Position numbers and translations under genes: made by a program
Notes under the pieces: generated by a model
Seen by the model: the letters and a program-made list of their open reading frames with translations, nothing else
Databases searched by the model: none
What the model was told of the DNA's origin: nothing
Shown here: positions 1 to 14,009 of the stretch, piece by piece
Numbering within the stretch: the stretch's first letter is position 1
Layout of the letters: every line of letters begins with the position of its first letter
Source: the human T2T-CHM13v2.0 reference genome, Homo sapiens
Length of the DNA: 64,000 nucleotides
NCBI RefSeq assembly: GCF_009914755.1
Contig: NC_060926.1
Direction: 5' to 3' (one strand)

Positions 1-1004
1 TTCCTGATAGGTGTTCAGAAAAGAAATTTTTTTTAAACTATTCCAGTTTAATTGACTGAGAGACTCAAGGTCACAAGCCCAAATATTATTCAATAACCAC
101 ATACCACATCCTTGCTGATTTCCATGACATAAAACTACAACGTATAGACATTGGCTGCCACAGGAGAACATGATTTACTGAACCTTCCAATCTGCTGTGA
201 AAGGGAACCTGAAATTTGCTGTAAATTACAAGCCCAAGGATCAGAACATATTCATCCATTTCCCTATGAATTAGGGGAGACTTGGTGAAGATATTTGGCC
301 ACACTGGAAAGGGAAATCTTCCCCTTTCTTGAGGTTTTATGCTATGTACTTACTTATGCCAATGTCTCAAACACCATATGTAGATACGTGTAGATGAGAG
401 GGAGTTTAAAATAAGGAAGAATGTAGCAGATTTCAAACAGTTTTTTTCTATGCCATTACATATACTATAGTATTAAAACATAACAAAAAGGAAAATAAAA
501 AAATCTGTTCTAACAATCTGTTTCAAGAATCTTGAAAGATATACAAAACAAATCACTCCAGATGAGACGTATATTTCAGTTCCCACCACCTCAACCCAAT
601 AACGACAATCCCAAGGGCCCATGAATGAAGAAGCCAGAAGAGGTCAGCTCATACATCCCCTTCCTTTAGACAGGACTGTAATGAAATCATCGTTGACCAA
701 GGCTGTCAATGGTTCTGGGTGACCAGAGCACAGCAATCATTTCCATTATTTTCCATAGAATGACTTGTGAATTGCCACCTCCTGCAAATCCTGTGGCCTA
801 TGATCTGGACCAAATCACATCCAAGTGTCTGATCAGTTCTGAGAGTGGTTGTGGATGACCTTAGTATTCCAGAAGACTGGCTCTGAACACACACTAGTGC
901 ATCCACAATGGGACATCCATGTGTAAAAAGGAGTGAGGAGCTGGGATTCTTCAGTGGCCTCCAGCTTTCATTCCATACAGGAATGGTCTCGTTCATATGC
1001 CTCT

Positions 1005-1150
1005 GAGAGAGTCAGCTTGGAGACAGGCAAGTCTGGGTTCAAATCCTGGGTCCATCCCTAGATGGTTGAGTGTGGTTCCTTTATCCTTTATAACAGGGCC
1101 AATACATACTTCACTTGGCCTTTGTGAGGACTGGGGGACTGTCCACCTAA
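1005..1150 (+). mobile_element. MIR fragment
   Basis: MIR core-like 'ctgggttcaaatcctgg' followed by a decayed 'ttatcctttataacaggg...cctttgtgagga'; boundaries approximate. Confidence 0.55.
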
Positions 1151-2539
1151 GGCAAAATAAAGACATCATTTATTCACAGTCTTCCTTAGTGATGCACACA
1201 TGTGGCCTGAGAACTAACATTGATCTTAGCCTTAGGATCCCTTCGTTCTACCACTGACATTAACCCCCATGTGATCTTGTGCATGTCAGTTTCCCTCTCT
1301 GAGTTTGATTGACCCTTTAGTGAGATTAATCAAAATTGATCTCCAAGTCACTTTCAGCTTTAAAAAATGCAAAGCTCTACAAATCATTCTGATATTGGCC
1401 CCAAAACCACCTCTTGGCACCTCCTTTGCTTCTCTATGCAGTTTTAGGATCCCCTTGTCTGATTTCTTATTCAACTCTGTGAGATCATATCACCAGTCTA
1501 GCAACATCCTGTCCCATGCCATTTTATAATTTCCTGTTTAATTGCCTGTTTTGTACCCCTAGACTGTGAATTACCTGATGGCAGCAACTGTGTTTCATTT
1601 GCCATAGTGTTCCAAGTGTTTTGTCAAGGGCTTAAAACATAGTCATTGTTCATTAAATGCTTTTGTGGATTAGGATTATTAATTTATTTACCACAACATT
1701 ATTGAACATACCTGTTGGCAACTATATTCTCTCTTCTATGGGCATTGAAAATAGAGGATTTCTTAAGTATTTCTAATGATATGATTTCAGGTAAAGGCAT
1801 CTTTCCCAGGAAACTTCAACCTTCAATTTCAGTGCAGCTGGCAAAGACATGTTCATTCCACCTATGTATAAAGACAAGAAAGATTTTAGCACCCTTGTAA
1901 GGGTAGATTTTCTAATTTGAAATTTATTCATTTGTTAAACTGTTTGCTAAGTGCCAACTATTTGTCATACACAAGACTAGGCAATGGGGAGACAGATACT
2001 AGAGCAGAATAAAAAATATCTCAGGATTGGATTTAGCAGCCATTTGAACCTGGAAAAGTCCCTTGAATTTAGTGAGCATCCCTTTTTTATCTTTGAAGAT
2101 AAAATTGCCTCTTGTATCTGAAGAGGTTATAATGGATATCCTAGGAGATTTTTGATGTGAACTTTATTGGTAAAGTGCAAGTGTCAGATTAACTAAAGGC
2201 AATGACAATCCTTCTAGATGTTTTCCTTCTCTCAATAAGCATTGTTTAGATTCAATAGCAGCTTAGAACCTAATATATGTATAATGTTTCCCTCTATTTC
2301 AGAGCAATGGAATATTTTCAGAAAATAGACTTGAGAGCAGGTTCTATAACTTCATTTCTCTTTAGTTGCTTCTTCCTCTACCCTTCTACCCCCCAGTTTA
2401 GTCTACTCAGATAAAGAATAAGCACTATGTTGTTCATGTTTGTGGTAAGTGAAAACAGTCAACTAATCACTAATTTAATCACTAATTTTTTCTTTGTGTG
2501 TATTTGACACTCAAGTTCTTTGCCTTTAATAATGTTTAA

Positions 2540-2865
<326 letters not shown>

Positions 2866-5765
2866 TCTTTTGTACCTTTCCAGAGAAATATCCATGTCAA
2901 TTATTGACAATCCTCATATTCAGCTTCTTTTAAAGCTGGAGGAGTTGGAGAAACAGCCTGGTCCTCTCCTCTCACCATTCATTTGGGAAAGCCAGGGCTT
3001 GACAGATGCTCCCTCCGGAGGAGTGTGTAGTAGGAGATGAAGTCTGGTGTCAGGTAACCTTGGGAAAGTTACTTACTCTCCCTAATCTCACCGATCCTGT
3101 GTTCTTTTAATCTACACAATAGAGCTACAAGTTCCTAGTCACATAAATATTCTAAGACTGGCATACAGCAGGAACCAACACAACTCTGTGCCCTGGGGTC
3201 GGGTTCCTCAATGAGGAAATGGCGGAGCTGGGGCTGTGGTCCAGGACGCTGGTTCTCAAGCCTGCTCCTGTTCCTCTGCCTGTGGTCCTTTCCCTCATTC
3301 CCACACAGGCCTGCAGATGCTCAGCACTGGTCCAGAATAGCAACCACCAGGGCATCCTCCCTGTTTTCTCTCCCTTGGAGGGAAGTGCAGTCAATGGGGC
3401 CTGGGAACACCTAGATGAGGAGGCACTGTCATTTGCAAACACTTTTTTTTTTAACTTTAATTTCTTGCACGGAAATCAAAGAAATATCATTCAACTAACT
3501 TCATAATAAGAGGCAAATGCAGTTTCCTAACCCCAAAATCTCCAGAGGATGAGTATGAATTGATGTGCTAGAATTTGAAGATGGAAGGGCCTTGACTTTT
3601 TATTATGAGTGTGATTAAATAAATCCCTCTGGCCACCTCTAAAGCCTCCTCTAATTCTGTCTCTGCCTAGGGACACAAGATCATTTCTTTTCTGAGATGA
3701 TCTTCTGTACAGCCTTTCTGATATCTCCACATTTGCCTACTGTTTTCTTTCCTATGCTTTTCCGGGAAGTCTTTTTTGTACAAAATTAACATGGGTCTGT
3801 TTACATTCAGAAGATTCTTGGGGTGGGGCATTACAATTGCTTGGTTAACCGATCAGACCAATTCTTTCTTTGTATGATATACCTTCCTCATGCACAGCTT
3901 CTTCATTTCTGGTTTAGAATAGTCATTGTATCAACCTGCTTAGCATGCTGACTTTGCTTAATTAGCATTGAGGGGTGCAAACCACTTAATTCTCTCACAC
4001 TGCAACTCACACTCACTGCCTTCAGTTAATTCCTTAAAGATGATGAAGTGGAAGGCAGGGAATATAGAACTCCCTGCCCCCACCACAAATCTAAGCAAAC
4101 AAGGATGGGACCAGGAGGAAGAACCCATTTGTGTGGGTCCTCCACAGCTGCTGGCTTATGTATTCTTCAGTGTGCCGCTGCAAGGTATAAATGGTGCACA
4201 TCATTTTGTAGATGAGAAGCGGCATACAGGAGAGGCAGGATTTGGATCTAAACCTGTACCATGAGGTCTCTCAAACTTGGAATGGGAGGTCAGGAGCCAC
4301 GTTTTTTTCTTCTCTGTATCCTGGGTGCCTGTTATCTTACGGTAGGTGGTCAGTAAACCTGTAACTAATGAATGAACATCTGTATTGGTAAAAAGACACA
4401 GGTTACTATTGCTCTTCAAGTGGGGTGGGGATCCGTAGCCAGTAAACCCCAACCCAAGGCCACTTACTGTTTATGAGACTTAACAGACTTGCGTGTGGAG
4501 AGCACCCTTCTGACCTCATTGTTTACAAAGGATGTCAAAAGATGTGGCTAGGGTTAGAGTTATCTTAGGAGCAGAGCTCTGGGTAAGAGTCAGATGATCT
4601 TTCTGGGCTCCCGGCACTAAGTTTTATATTTGAGCACTAGTTTCTAAACCTCCACATGAAACCAGCTCTCACTGTGCTGCCAAGCCTGAGACATTAGGGA
4701 CTGAAGTTCCCTTGTTCCAAGAGGATGAGCTTTGTCAAAGGAGGATGAATAGACTCTGCTCATGTTTTGGCTCCAGCAGCCTCCTGCCTATAGAAGCGTT
4801 TTCCTTCACTGGGGCTAGGCTGAACTTCATTTCAGAGAGGCATAAAAAGTCTGAGATCCCCAGGGGATCTGGCACAGGAAAATGAAGTCATTTTACATTT
4901 GTGGCGTGATTCAAATTGGAATCACACAAGTCAGAACGACAGGATGCTGGAGTACTTTGTTTAGCTCTTCTGTGCTTCAGGAGCTAAGCTTTCTTCAGCT
5001 TCCTGGAGAGAGGAAGTGGGTATGTATGGAATACCCATTTGCTTTCTATAGTCTTCAAGGTCCTTTTCCCTTACGTAAAACACCAAGCCTAAATCTTACA
5101 TTCAGCTTTTTAGAAGGCAGAACAAGCAGCCATTGAGCTCTTGCTGTGGGACTGACCCCGCCTTCTGCCTGATGTCAGTGGGGATACTGCTTACCTTCCT
5201 TCCTGCAAGGAAATCCACACACTCTTATTTCATCCGGCCTGGGGAGGAGGGGAAAGAGGAAGTCACCTGTGAAATTGTCTTTGCGCTTTGGACTCAAGCC
5301 CCCAGGTAGGGCAGTAACAGGTATTCTAATCTCTGCAGGTCTCCTTACCTTCCTGTTTGGTCTCGGGTGGTTTGTTTTTGACCTACGTAGCTTATGGGTT
5401 TTCCCTGCTTGGGCTGCTGCCCCCTGGGTCCTTCCCCTCTCTCCCTGCAGCCTTATGCAGCAACAGCTCCCTGTGCTTTCCCTTCCCTCCTCCTGCTGCT
5501 GCATCTCTGCCTTCGCCCCTAGCAGGTGCTCATTCGTCACATCACATATGCTACCATATTGAATAAGCACAACATCCCAGTGGGGGTGGGCTTTGTAGAG
5601 AGGAGTCTGAAGTGCAGAGACAATGAGTGAATCACTCAGGCTTGCAAAGCTGGTGAAACAAGGATCCATCTCTGGTCGGCTTACAAATATTCTCCATGCT
5701 CCTTCCACTAACTCATGATACGCTTTAAAGTTTACAGTTTATTCTGTACCAAACGTTAGCCCAGC

Positions 5766-6148
5766 TGTCTTAGTCAGCTTGGGCTGCTGTAACAAAATAC
5801 CATAGATTGGGTGGCTTAAACAACAGACATTTATTTCTCACATTCTGGAGGCTGGGAAGTCCATGATCAAGGTGCTGGCAGATTTGGTTCTGATGAGGGC
5901 CCTCTTCCTGGCTTGTAGAGGCAGCCCCGTCACTACGGGCTCACAGGGCATTTCCCCTGTGTGTGTTCGCACAGAGATCTCCTTCTCTCTTTTCTTCTTA
6001 TAAAGGTATTAATTCCATCAGGAGAACCCCCTTGTGATAACCAACCTAAATTTAATTAACTTCCATAGGTCCCACCTTCAAATACCAGCACATGAGGGGT
6101 TAGGATTTCAACACAGGAATTTCAGGAGGACACATTCAGCCCATAACA
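5766..6148 (-). mobile_element. MaLR solo LTR (MLT1A/MST-like)
   Basis: Starts tgtcttagtcagcttgggctgctgtaacaaaataccatag, ends cattcagcccataaca; 5-bp TSD ccagc/ccaac (4/5). Confidence 0.85.
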
Positions 6149-6218
6149 CCAACCAGTTTTATTTTTACCATCCTCTGGAAACAAAATAAGGAACTTGTAA
6201 CATGTTCTTCCCGGGCAT

Positions 6219-6600
6219 TAGATGATCTGAATGTGTCACCCTCAAACTCATATGTTGAAACTTGATCCCCAATGTGACAGTATTTTTAAGAGGTGGGGCT
6301 CTTAGGCATGATTAGGTCATGAGGGTGGAGCAATGGGATTAGTCCTCTTATCAAGGGGCTTCATGCAGTGTCCTCCCCTTTTTCTTTTTTGCCCTTCTGC
6401 TATGTGAGGACACGGTTTCCCTGTGAGGATGCAGCAAGAAAGCACCATCTTGGAAGCAGAGATCCTTCACCAGGCACAGATTCTGCTGGCACCGAGATCT
6501 TGGACTTCCCAGCCCCCAAACTATGAGAAATAAATTTCTTGTATTTCTAAAGTACCCAGTCTGTGGTGGTTTTCATATAGCAGCATAAATGGACTAAGAA
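6219..6600 (+). mobile_element. MaLR solo LTR (MSTD/MLT1A-like)
   Basis: ctgaatgtgtcaccctcaaactcatatgttgaaac...gagaaataaatttc...agcagcataaatggactaag. Confidence 0.82.
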
Positions 6601-7424
6601 AAGGATGTTCCTGGGGGTCACCAAGTATCTCACCTGTGTGGTTCCCCATCGTGATAGTTGGATTCAAAGCTGAAGGTTGTCACTGACTTCTGGGTTCTCT
6701 CTGCTTGCCTGTCTAGGGCATTAACTCTGGAAATACTTTGTTTCTTTGTTCCCAACCATCCATCTCAAATCTCTTTCCCTGCTTTCTCCAAGGATGTTGT
6801 GCAGGTCTTTGTGCAAATAAGAATTTCAACCTATATTGGATAAGCCATATTTACAGAGGTGAATTTGATTTGTAGATATGACCTTTTCCTTGCCCAATGA
6901 CAGTACCCTGAGGTTGAAGTCTGTTGCTCAGAGAATTTGGATGTACTAGCTTCTCCAGATATCTGCTCATCCACACAGCAGAGGGATAAGAGGAGACCAG
7001 TCTGCTTCTCCCTCTTTCCAATCCCTAAACCTTATAATTTGTGTACAAAGGAACTAATTTTGAAGAGCAGAAGGTCAAGGAAGACTAACAAAAATCTATC
7101 TTTTTGAAAGAAAGCAGCACTGGATTTAGGTAGCCATACAAATTGTCCCAAGTGGTGTTCTACTCCAAAATAGTGTGCACACCTTTTTAGCCCTACAATG
7201 AGTTGGTGGCTGACTGTGCCAAGTGCCTGCTTGCAAAGCTTTCCTCTGGAAGGGAGCCCTGGAAATGCTGAGCAGTGGTGACCCCACATTGCCTTTGGGG
7301 GCTGAATTGTCACCAGCCACAAAGATAGATCCTTTTACCTTTTGCATAATCCAGACATGTGGTTTGGAAGAGAAATAATTCATTTAAATCTCCCCTGCCT
7401 CTCAATTTTGCATAAAGTAAATTC

Positions 7425-8870
7425 AATTCCATTCAATTTGCACAGATTTACTGAAAATGTACTCAGGGTTGGGCCCAATGTGAGGTGTTGTGGACACAGT
7501 GGCACATAAGACACTGTTTTGGCCCTTGAGGAGCTCATAGTGCAGAGGGAGAGACAGTCAGGTAAAAAATGACATGGTACAGAGATGAGTCACTCTGTTG
7601 TGGCAGTGACAGTATAACTGTCCAGTGGGTTCTTCTTGCCCACTGCACAAATAAAGACCATGACGTTGCAGTAAAGGAAGAGTTTAATGGATGGAAGTCT
7701 GGCCATACCACGTGGGACATAGAGTTACTACTCAAATCAATCTCATCCAAGGCTCGTAGGTCAGGGGTTTTTCAAAGACAGTCTGTGGGAGAGGGTGGGG
7801 GTGGCCAGGTAATGGGTGTTTGCTGCCGAATCGGGGCAGAGATGAAATTACAGGGGGTCAAAAGTGTCCACTTGAGCTCAGTTGCTTCTGGATGGGGGTC
7901 ATAGGAGCAAGGGTCAGTGGGCCCAAGTAGAGCCATGTGTGTCAGACACGCAAAAAACCTGAAAAGATAGCTCAATTGGCCGATCTTAGGTTCTACAATA
8001 GTGGAGTTATTTGCAGGAATGGCTGGCAATCATCTATGTCTACACCTTACCAAAATTCAGATTCCCCTTCTCCCCCAGGTGATGCCCTTTCATTCACTTT
8101 ACAGAGGTAGTTGAGTTTGGGGGAAGGCCTATGATCATTTAAACTATAAACTAAATGTCTCTCAAAGTTAGCTTAACCCAAAAGCCCAGGAATAATTAAG
8201 GGAAAGGCAAGATAAGGATGGGTTTGATCAGATCTTTTACTACCATAATTTTGTTACTACTATAATTTTTGCAAAGGTGGTTTCAACAGGATAGCCTGCG
8301 TTGACAGGGGAGGGTGTGTAAAGACCCTGGAGAAACCAACAGAGGTGGCCTGGGGGCAGCCACAATATCTGAGGCTTGGAGAACACAAATGTGTTAACCC
8401 AGCAGGCCAGAAGCAGTGTGGGTGTGAGGTCAGATATGTCACAGGCAGAGAGAACACATGCTATCAGCAAAGGCACAGAATCTGAGAGTCCAGCACGCCA
8501 ATGGAACAGAGTGTGGTGTGTGGAAAGAGGGGCACAAAGGGAGGCAAAGCCCAGGATTGTGGATCAAGGGTGATCCATGCCATGACAATAAGGACAACTC
8601 CTTATTGTCATGCAATGCTTCCCAAGATTTTATTGACAGGGCAGAGACACAATCAGAACTGTGTATTAGAAAGATGTCCCTGGAAGCTAGGGATAAGAAA
8701 GTTTGCAGAGTGAGGCTCAGCAGGGAGCCACGGACTTAGGTGGGAGGCTATTCCAGGTATCCAGGAGAGAAATGGGGAGGCTCTATGGAGAGTGTGGGAG
8801 TAGAATGAGGCTGGCCTTGAGGAATGTCAAGAGGGCAGGACTGACAGTTACCACCTGGACGTGAGACACT
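7425..8870 (-). mobile_element. Decayed L2, interrupted by the LTR8-family element
   Basis: L2 3'-end-like 'ccattcaatttgcacagatttactga...gcccttgaggagctcatag'; L2-like sequence resumes after 8289. Confidence 0.55.
7613..8285 (-). mobile_element. ERV1 solo LTR, LTR8 family
   Basis: Reverse complement begins tgaaaccacctttgcaaaaattat (LTR8-type 5' end); ~670 bp; perfect 4-bp TSD acag at 7609-7612 and 8286-8289. Confidence 0.85.
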
Positions 8871-10016
8871 GGGCATGGGAAGAGTGCTGCCAGGCAAGTA
8901 AGTCTCAGATCAACACACATGCGTTGCTAAAGCTACTGACCAAGGCTCTGGCCAGATTGATGGCCTCCTGGCGGTGGCCTTTACTGCTCCCCTTGTACAC
9001 CTGAGGCAGAGTTACTTACATTAATGTCTGTGTCTCTTCCACTGCCTTTGCAAACAGATCCCTGAGTTCTAAGTGAATCAGAGCCTGCATGGTACTTTTC
9101 CTCTGACTTCAGACTAGTCATACATTTTGGAATTCTTCCATGTTGAACTTTCACATCCTGCACAGAACACTCGGGCCCTGAGACAGCCCTACGCCATTTG
9201 GTGAGACCTTTGGTGAAAAGTCAAGGTCTGGGTTTATGACACAATATTTTTTCCTGGTCTATTTATCCCTGGCACAGTTCAGAGCTGGCCTATTGGAACA
9301 GGAGGTTCCAGCCTTCTCATTCACCTGGGCACTCTCTAACCTCAAATCAAATTCTACTGTCTCCCAGATTACATTCTGAGTTCCTAAATATGTGGGGAAA
9401 AATACTCTCAAATGCCTCCCTAAGAATACACACAGTCATAAAGCTCACGTACATTCAAATTGCTTTTTAAAAACAAAGACCGTGAAAAACCAAAGCTATA
9501 AAAGTATGTGAATCATCAACCCAGAAATCATGCCTCAAGGCACGCCTGACAGCGTGTTCGTTCCCGGATGCTTTTCCTTCACAAATTATGGAGGCTGCCG
9601 ACATCCTTCTGGGGAAAGGATTATCTGATTCCGCAGGCAGTTAAGAATAACATGTAAATGTCATTTAGATGAGCTATTTCTACATGGATCAAAAGACACA
9701 CTCAAGTTACCAACTATGATAGCCAAACCCTTTATTTCAATAAAATCAGAGCAAACCCACAAAACTCTCCCAACTGAATTAGCACCATTGTGGTGTGGGA
9801 GGCATTCAGACATTCCTTCCAGGTTAGTAGACTATTTGCAATTCAGCTGTTTTACTGATGTGCATGTTATATAACTGCCACCAGCCATGGGGGAAGCTAG
9901 AATCCAAGGCGTCTCAAAATTTTCCACTGTGTACTCAAAGCCAACAGGAGAGAGTGAATGAATACTCCCTTGCTTTATGGTGACATAGCTAAAACTGTCT
10001 TTCCAGTAAATACCAG

Positions 10017-10265
10017 AGTGAGAGGCAATGTAACATAGTGGTTATATTTATGGGTTCTGGGGTAGAGTGTCTTGGATTTGAATCCCTATACGTTTGGGAG
10101 CTGCGTGTCTTGGATAACTTCTGTTGCCTCTCTCAGTTTGGATTCTTGTTGGCTTCAACGATTTTATCTTCCTTATTGAGTTACTCTGAAGGTTAAGTTA
10201 ATAGATGTTAATCCTTAATATATGTTAAGTTCCTCTATTTAAGGGCTCCATAAATGTAAGCTATT
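10017..10265 (+). mobile_element. MIR
   Basis: aggcaatgtaacatagtggtta...ggatttgaatcc...ctccataaatgtaagctatt. Confidence 0.6.
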
Positions 10266-13200
10266 GTTTTAAAACAAAACTGTAAGCTCTATGCCTTGTT
10301 TTAATTCAGGCAATGTTGCATTTTGCTGTCTCTGTGTCTCTAATACAAAATAATGTTTCCCTCCAAATTTCCAGTAGAATTGACCCTCCCAGGAGAGGTA
10401 CCATATTTGTGCCTGGATTTGCATAAAACCAGGTTCACTGCCACAGATTCCAAGACTGACCTCACCCTAATGTGAGAAGCACAGTCAGACTGAAGAGAAG
10501 GCAGAGATGCTTCCCTACCAAGGCTCCTTGGAGATTTATTGTTGTTTATTTTCTAGATAACTGAGTAAAAACCAATTTTTGTAGGTAATGTTACCATGGA
10601 ATGGATTACCTAGTTGCTGTAGTTTAATGGGTAATGTCTAGAAAAATATATGTCTCAAAGCTTTGTTGTTTCTAAGGAACTTCACTGGTGACTTTACTTA
10701 GTAAGTCAGCACTATGTAGTACAACGGTCACTGTCCAGATCTGGAGATGAAGTAGGTGGAGGGAATTGTGGTGTATGTTGCTTATTACTGTCAAAGAACA
10801 CTGGCTTCAGAGTCAGGAAACCCGGGGTCTAGGCCTGCCTTTCTCTTGACTTATTCTGTCATTTTGCACTTAGGATTCAAATGCAGGTGCATTGATTCTA
10901 GAGCTCATAACCTTGGCTGTTTCTTTATACATCTGATTAAAAGGCTGTGACTACACTGCACATGTCTTTTCTGAGCTTGTGATAGGCCTGCTTATCTCTG
11001 CTGGTTTTTACTTTTAAGAAGCCACTGGATTGTTATACAATCAGTAAACATGCATGCTCTCCGTAAATCAATCTGGATCTGCATCTGATCTTTTTCCCAA
11101 TCACTGGTCGCGCATTTCTGACTGTGTATTAGAAACTCAGTTCCCCATTTGACCTTGTGTTTTCCCACCAGTGGTCACATCTCATGTATGTGACTTCCCC
11201 TGTGACTGGCACCTGGCAGGGCCATGGTAAAATTGGTTTATTACCCAAATGCATGAAATCATAAGTCTCTGTACCACTTAAATGAAATGACAATTCTAAA
11301 TACAAATTTAATTCGTTTGTACTCAAGGAACAATGCCATTTCTATGAACAAGACTAAAAATAAACTGTGAAATGATCTTTATCAGTCAAGAATAAACAAA
11401 ACAAAACATTGACTACAATCACATCGCTCCAGCGCCAGCGTCATCATTTCAACATCTATTTGGCTTCTTTGCTTCTAGTAACTGTGTGGCTACAATTTAT
11501 GGTTGTAAATATGGATGAAAGAAAGCATGAAGAGTTTAGAACATAATTGAATTTAAAATGTTCCTTCTGGAAATGTCTGGTCCAAGGACTTAGGATCCAA
11601 CCTGAGTTCTTTGCATGGGAGATTTGGGGGAATTTGCAAAAAAAAAAAAAAAAAAGAAAAAAGAAAAATACTGATTCGTGACTCAAGGAAAGGGGGCTTA
11701 TTGATGACTCAATTTTTTTCCTGAAATCAAACTTCTCTTACAAGATGGCATTTGAGTACATTAAAGGTAAATAGCACGGAAACATATGGTTTGAATTTCC
11801 CATGAAATGTGAAAGTTTTGATATTAAGGGAGCACATACTTCAGAAAGATAATTTGGCCTCTGCTAAAACCAGAACATTTAAGAAATCCTTCTAGAGACT
11901 TTGCCAAAACCCAGGGCCATTGGACTGTTTTTGCCTAGCAGCTTCCACTTCAGCCAGTACCCCTAGTGACCCGGCCAAGTGAAACAGAGAACTCAGCATC
12001 TTCTGAGGGGATGTCTGCCAATCTCAACCCTGGTGATATGTTCAAGGGCTTCCAGCTCATCCTGTGAGCCAAGAGAACAATTTGAAAACGCTGGAGTCTC
12101 TTAGCATATCTGCTTCGGGTTACTTTGAGAGACAGTGTGTGGGAGCTGCCAGGCTGAGAACAGGATCCATGCTGGAAACTATTTGCAAAAGCCCCACTTC
12201 CTTCTGCCAGGCCAGCTTCTCCGCAACCCAGACAGTCTGTGCGAGAACAAAAAAACAAGGACTATTGTCAAATTAATAGCACTCCCTAAAAAAGTATGGC
12301 AGGTGGTGAGATTCTTGGCCATTGAGTTCCAGCCAAAACATTTCACATTTTTTTCTCCTGAGGGAGGCACTGGGAGCTTGCTGTGAGTCAGAAGTGTGGG
12401 GGCTGCAGCAGAGAGTGGCCGCTTGAGCATCTTGCCTGTTCCTGATGAGAATTAGTCAATTCTTGGAAAGAGGGAAGAGCTCGCCTTGCTCTGCTACCCA
12501 CTTCCAGATTCTCTGCTCAGCCTTGGGTTGGAGAGTGAGTAATCTAATGTGATTCTGTTTATTCCACTCAATACATATACATTGACTGAGTTATTTATTC
12601 AGCATCAGGCTCAATGCTAGGTCCTGGGAAGATAGAAATATATTGGACTCACTATTTTCCCTCAGAGGACTTATGAAACAGTGCAAAATTCCTCTGAATA
12701 TGTTACAGAACATTCATCCTTGGGGATGAACCATCAAAACTATGCCATGTGCAAAAGTTTTAGAAAACGTTGAATTCCCTCTCATTCTTCATGGATATAC
12801 ACAATGTAATCTCCATGAAGATTCAATGTATCTCCACACTGAAAAGCTCTGTCTTTCAGAAAAGCAACTAGCTTAACAGCTTTCTCAAATTTTTAATGAG
12901 TAATACTCTCCCCTAAACACACACACACATTTTTCTCACATGGCTATTACCCACAGCAACTTTAGGAAATAACAGCCCAGTACAAAGAGCCAAACTTATC
13001 CTTTCGGGAGACAAAGACGATATTTAAAGATAACCACAAAGTATGGAGTTAGCACAGAGGACAGTGGTAGAAAATCAGAAGACTCTATTGAAGAGATGGG
13101 ATTCTAAGTAGGTTTTGATAGAAGAATGAAGTTTTTCAGATAGAAAACACAGGGATGACCCTTCCAGGCAAAGAGAAAGTCATGTGCAAGGACATGTTGT

Positions 13201-14009
13201 TTTCCCGAATGAAGCTCTCTCCCATTTGTAGGAAAGTGGATGGGAGGACAGCAGAGGGAATGCCGAGAAAGGCTAGAACCAGATCTCAAGCTTGTTAGAT
13301 GCCATACCACTGTTTTCAGCTGTAGGTAAATATTAAAATATGGAAAGACAGCTTTCTTTCTCCTAGTTCAAGTACCTGGTGTTTAACCCAATGTACCTTC
13401 TTCATGCATTGTGTGATGTGCTCTTTTCTACTGCATTCAATCAAAGCCATCAAGCCCAATTTTCTATAAAATGAAGGCCTCTGAAGAAAGGGAAGAATGG
13501 CTCTGCTGTTCGGGAGCACTCACCCAGGAGGTACCTAGGTGCCTGGGACTGTGCAAACAAACTTGAGAGATGTGTTTATGCAGGGAAAAGTTGAGGTAAC
13601 TCAATGGCCTATATTATGATGGGAATGCTGAGGAATGAGGCAGATTGGGGTTGAGATTCCAATGGGTGAGCTGGAAATTGTCTGGGAAGGAATGAAACCC
13701 ACATGGTAATCCTGAACTAAGCAAAATTTGGTGGCTGTTTGCCCTATCAGGCACAAGGTCCTCTAGAAAGTGCAGGAGTCAGGGAGACTGGGGTCTCGTT
13801 CCAGCTGAACACAACTTGCTGTGCAAATCATGGGCAGATGGCTTTCCCTGTAAAGTGAAATGGATTAGACCATGAAACTCAAAGAACATTTCAGCTCCAA
13901 TATACTATAATCTATCCATTGTCAGCAAATGCTCAACATTAAGTTAAAAATTAAAACAAATTATGTTCAAATGTATACATTCGAAAGATCAGTGAAAAAG
14001 GGAATATTA

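Noticed and set aside
2464-2487. taatcactaatt x2
   Set aside because: Trivial 12-bp slippage duplication
5175-5708. 177-aa minus-strand ORF
   Set aside because: Non-ATG start, no recognisable homology or exon structure
11940-12310. Possible exon (short frame ...SANLNPGDMFKGFQLIL*, cag|gtggtg donor-like site)
   Set aside because: Peptide not recognised, weak splice signals, no partner exons; cannot be supported without RNA data
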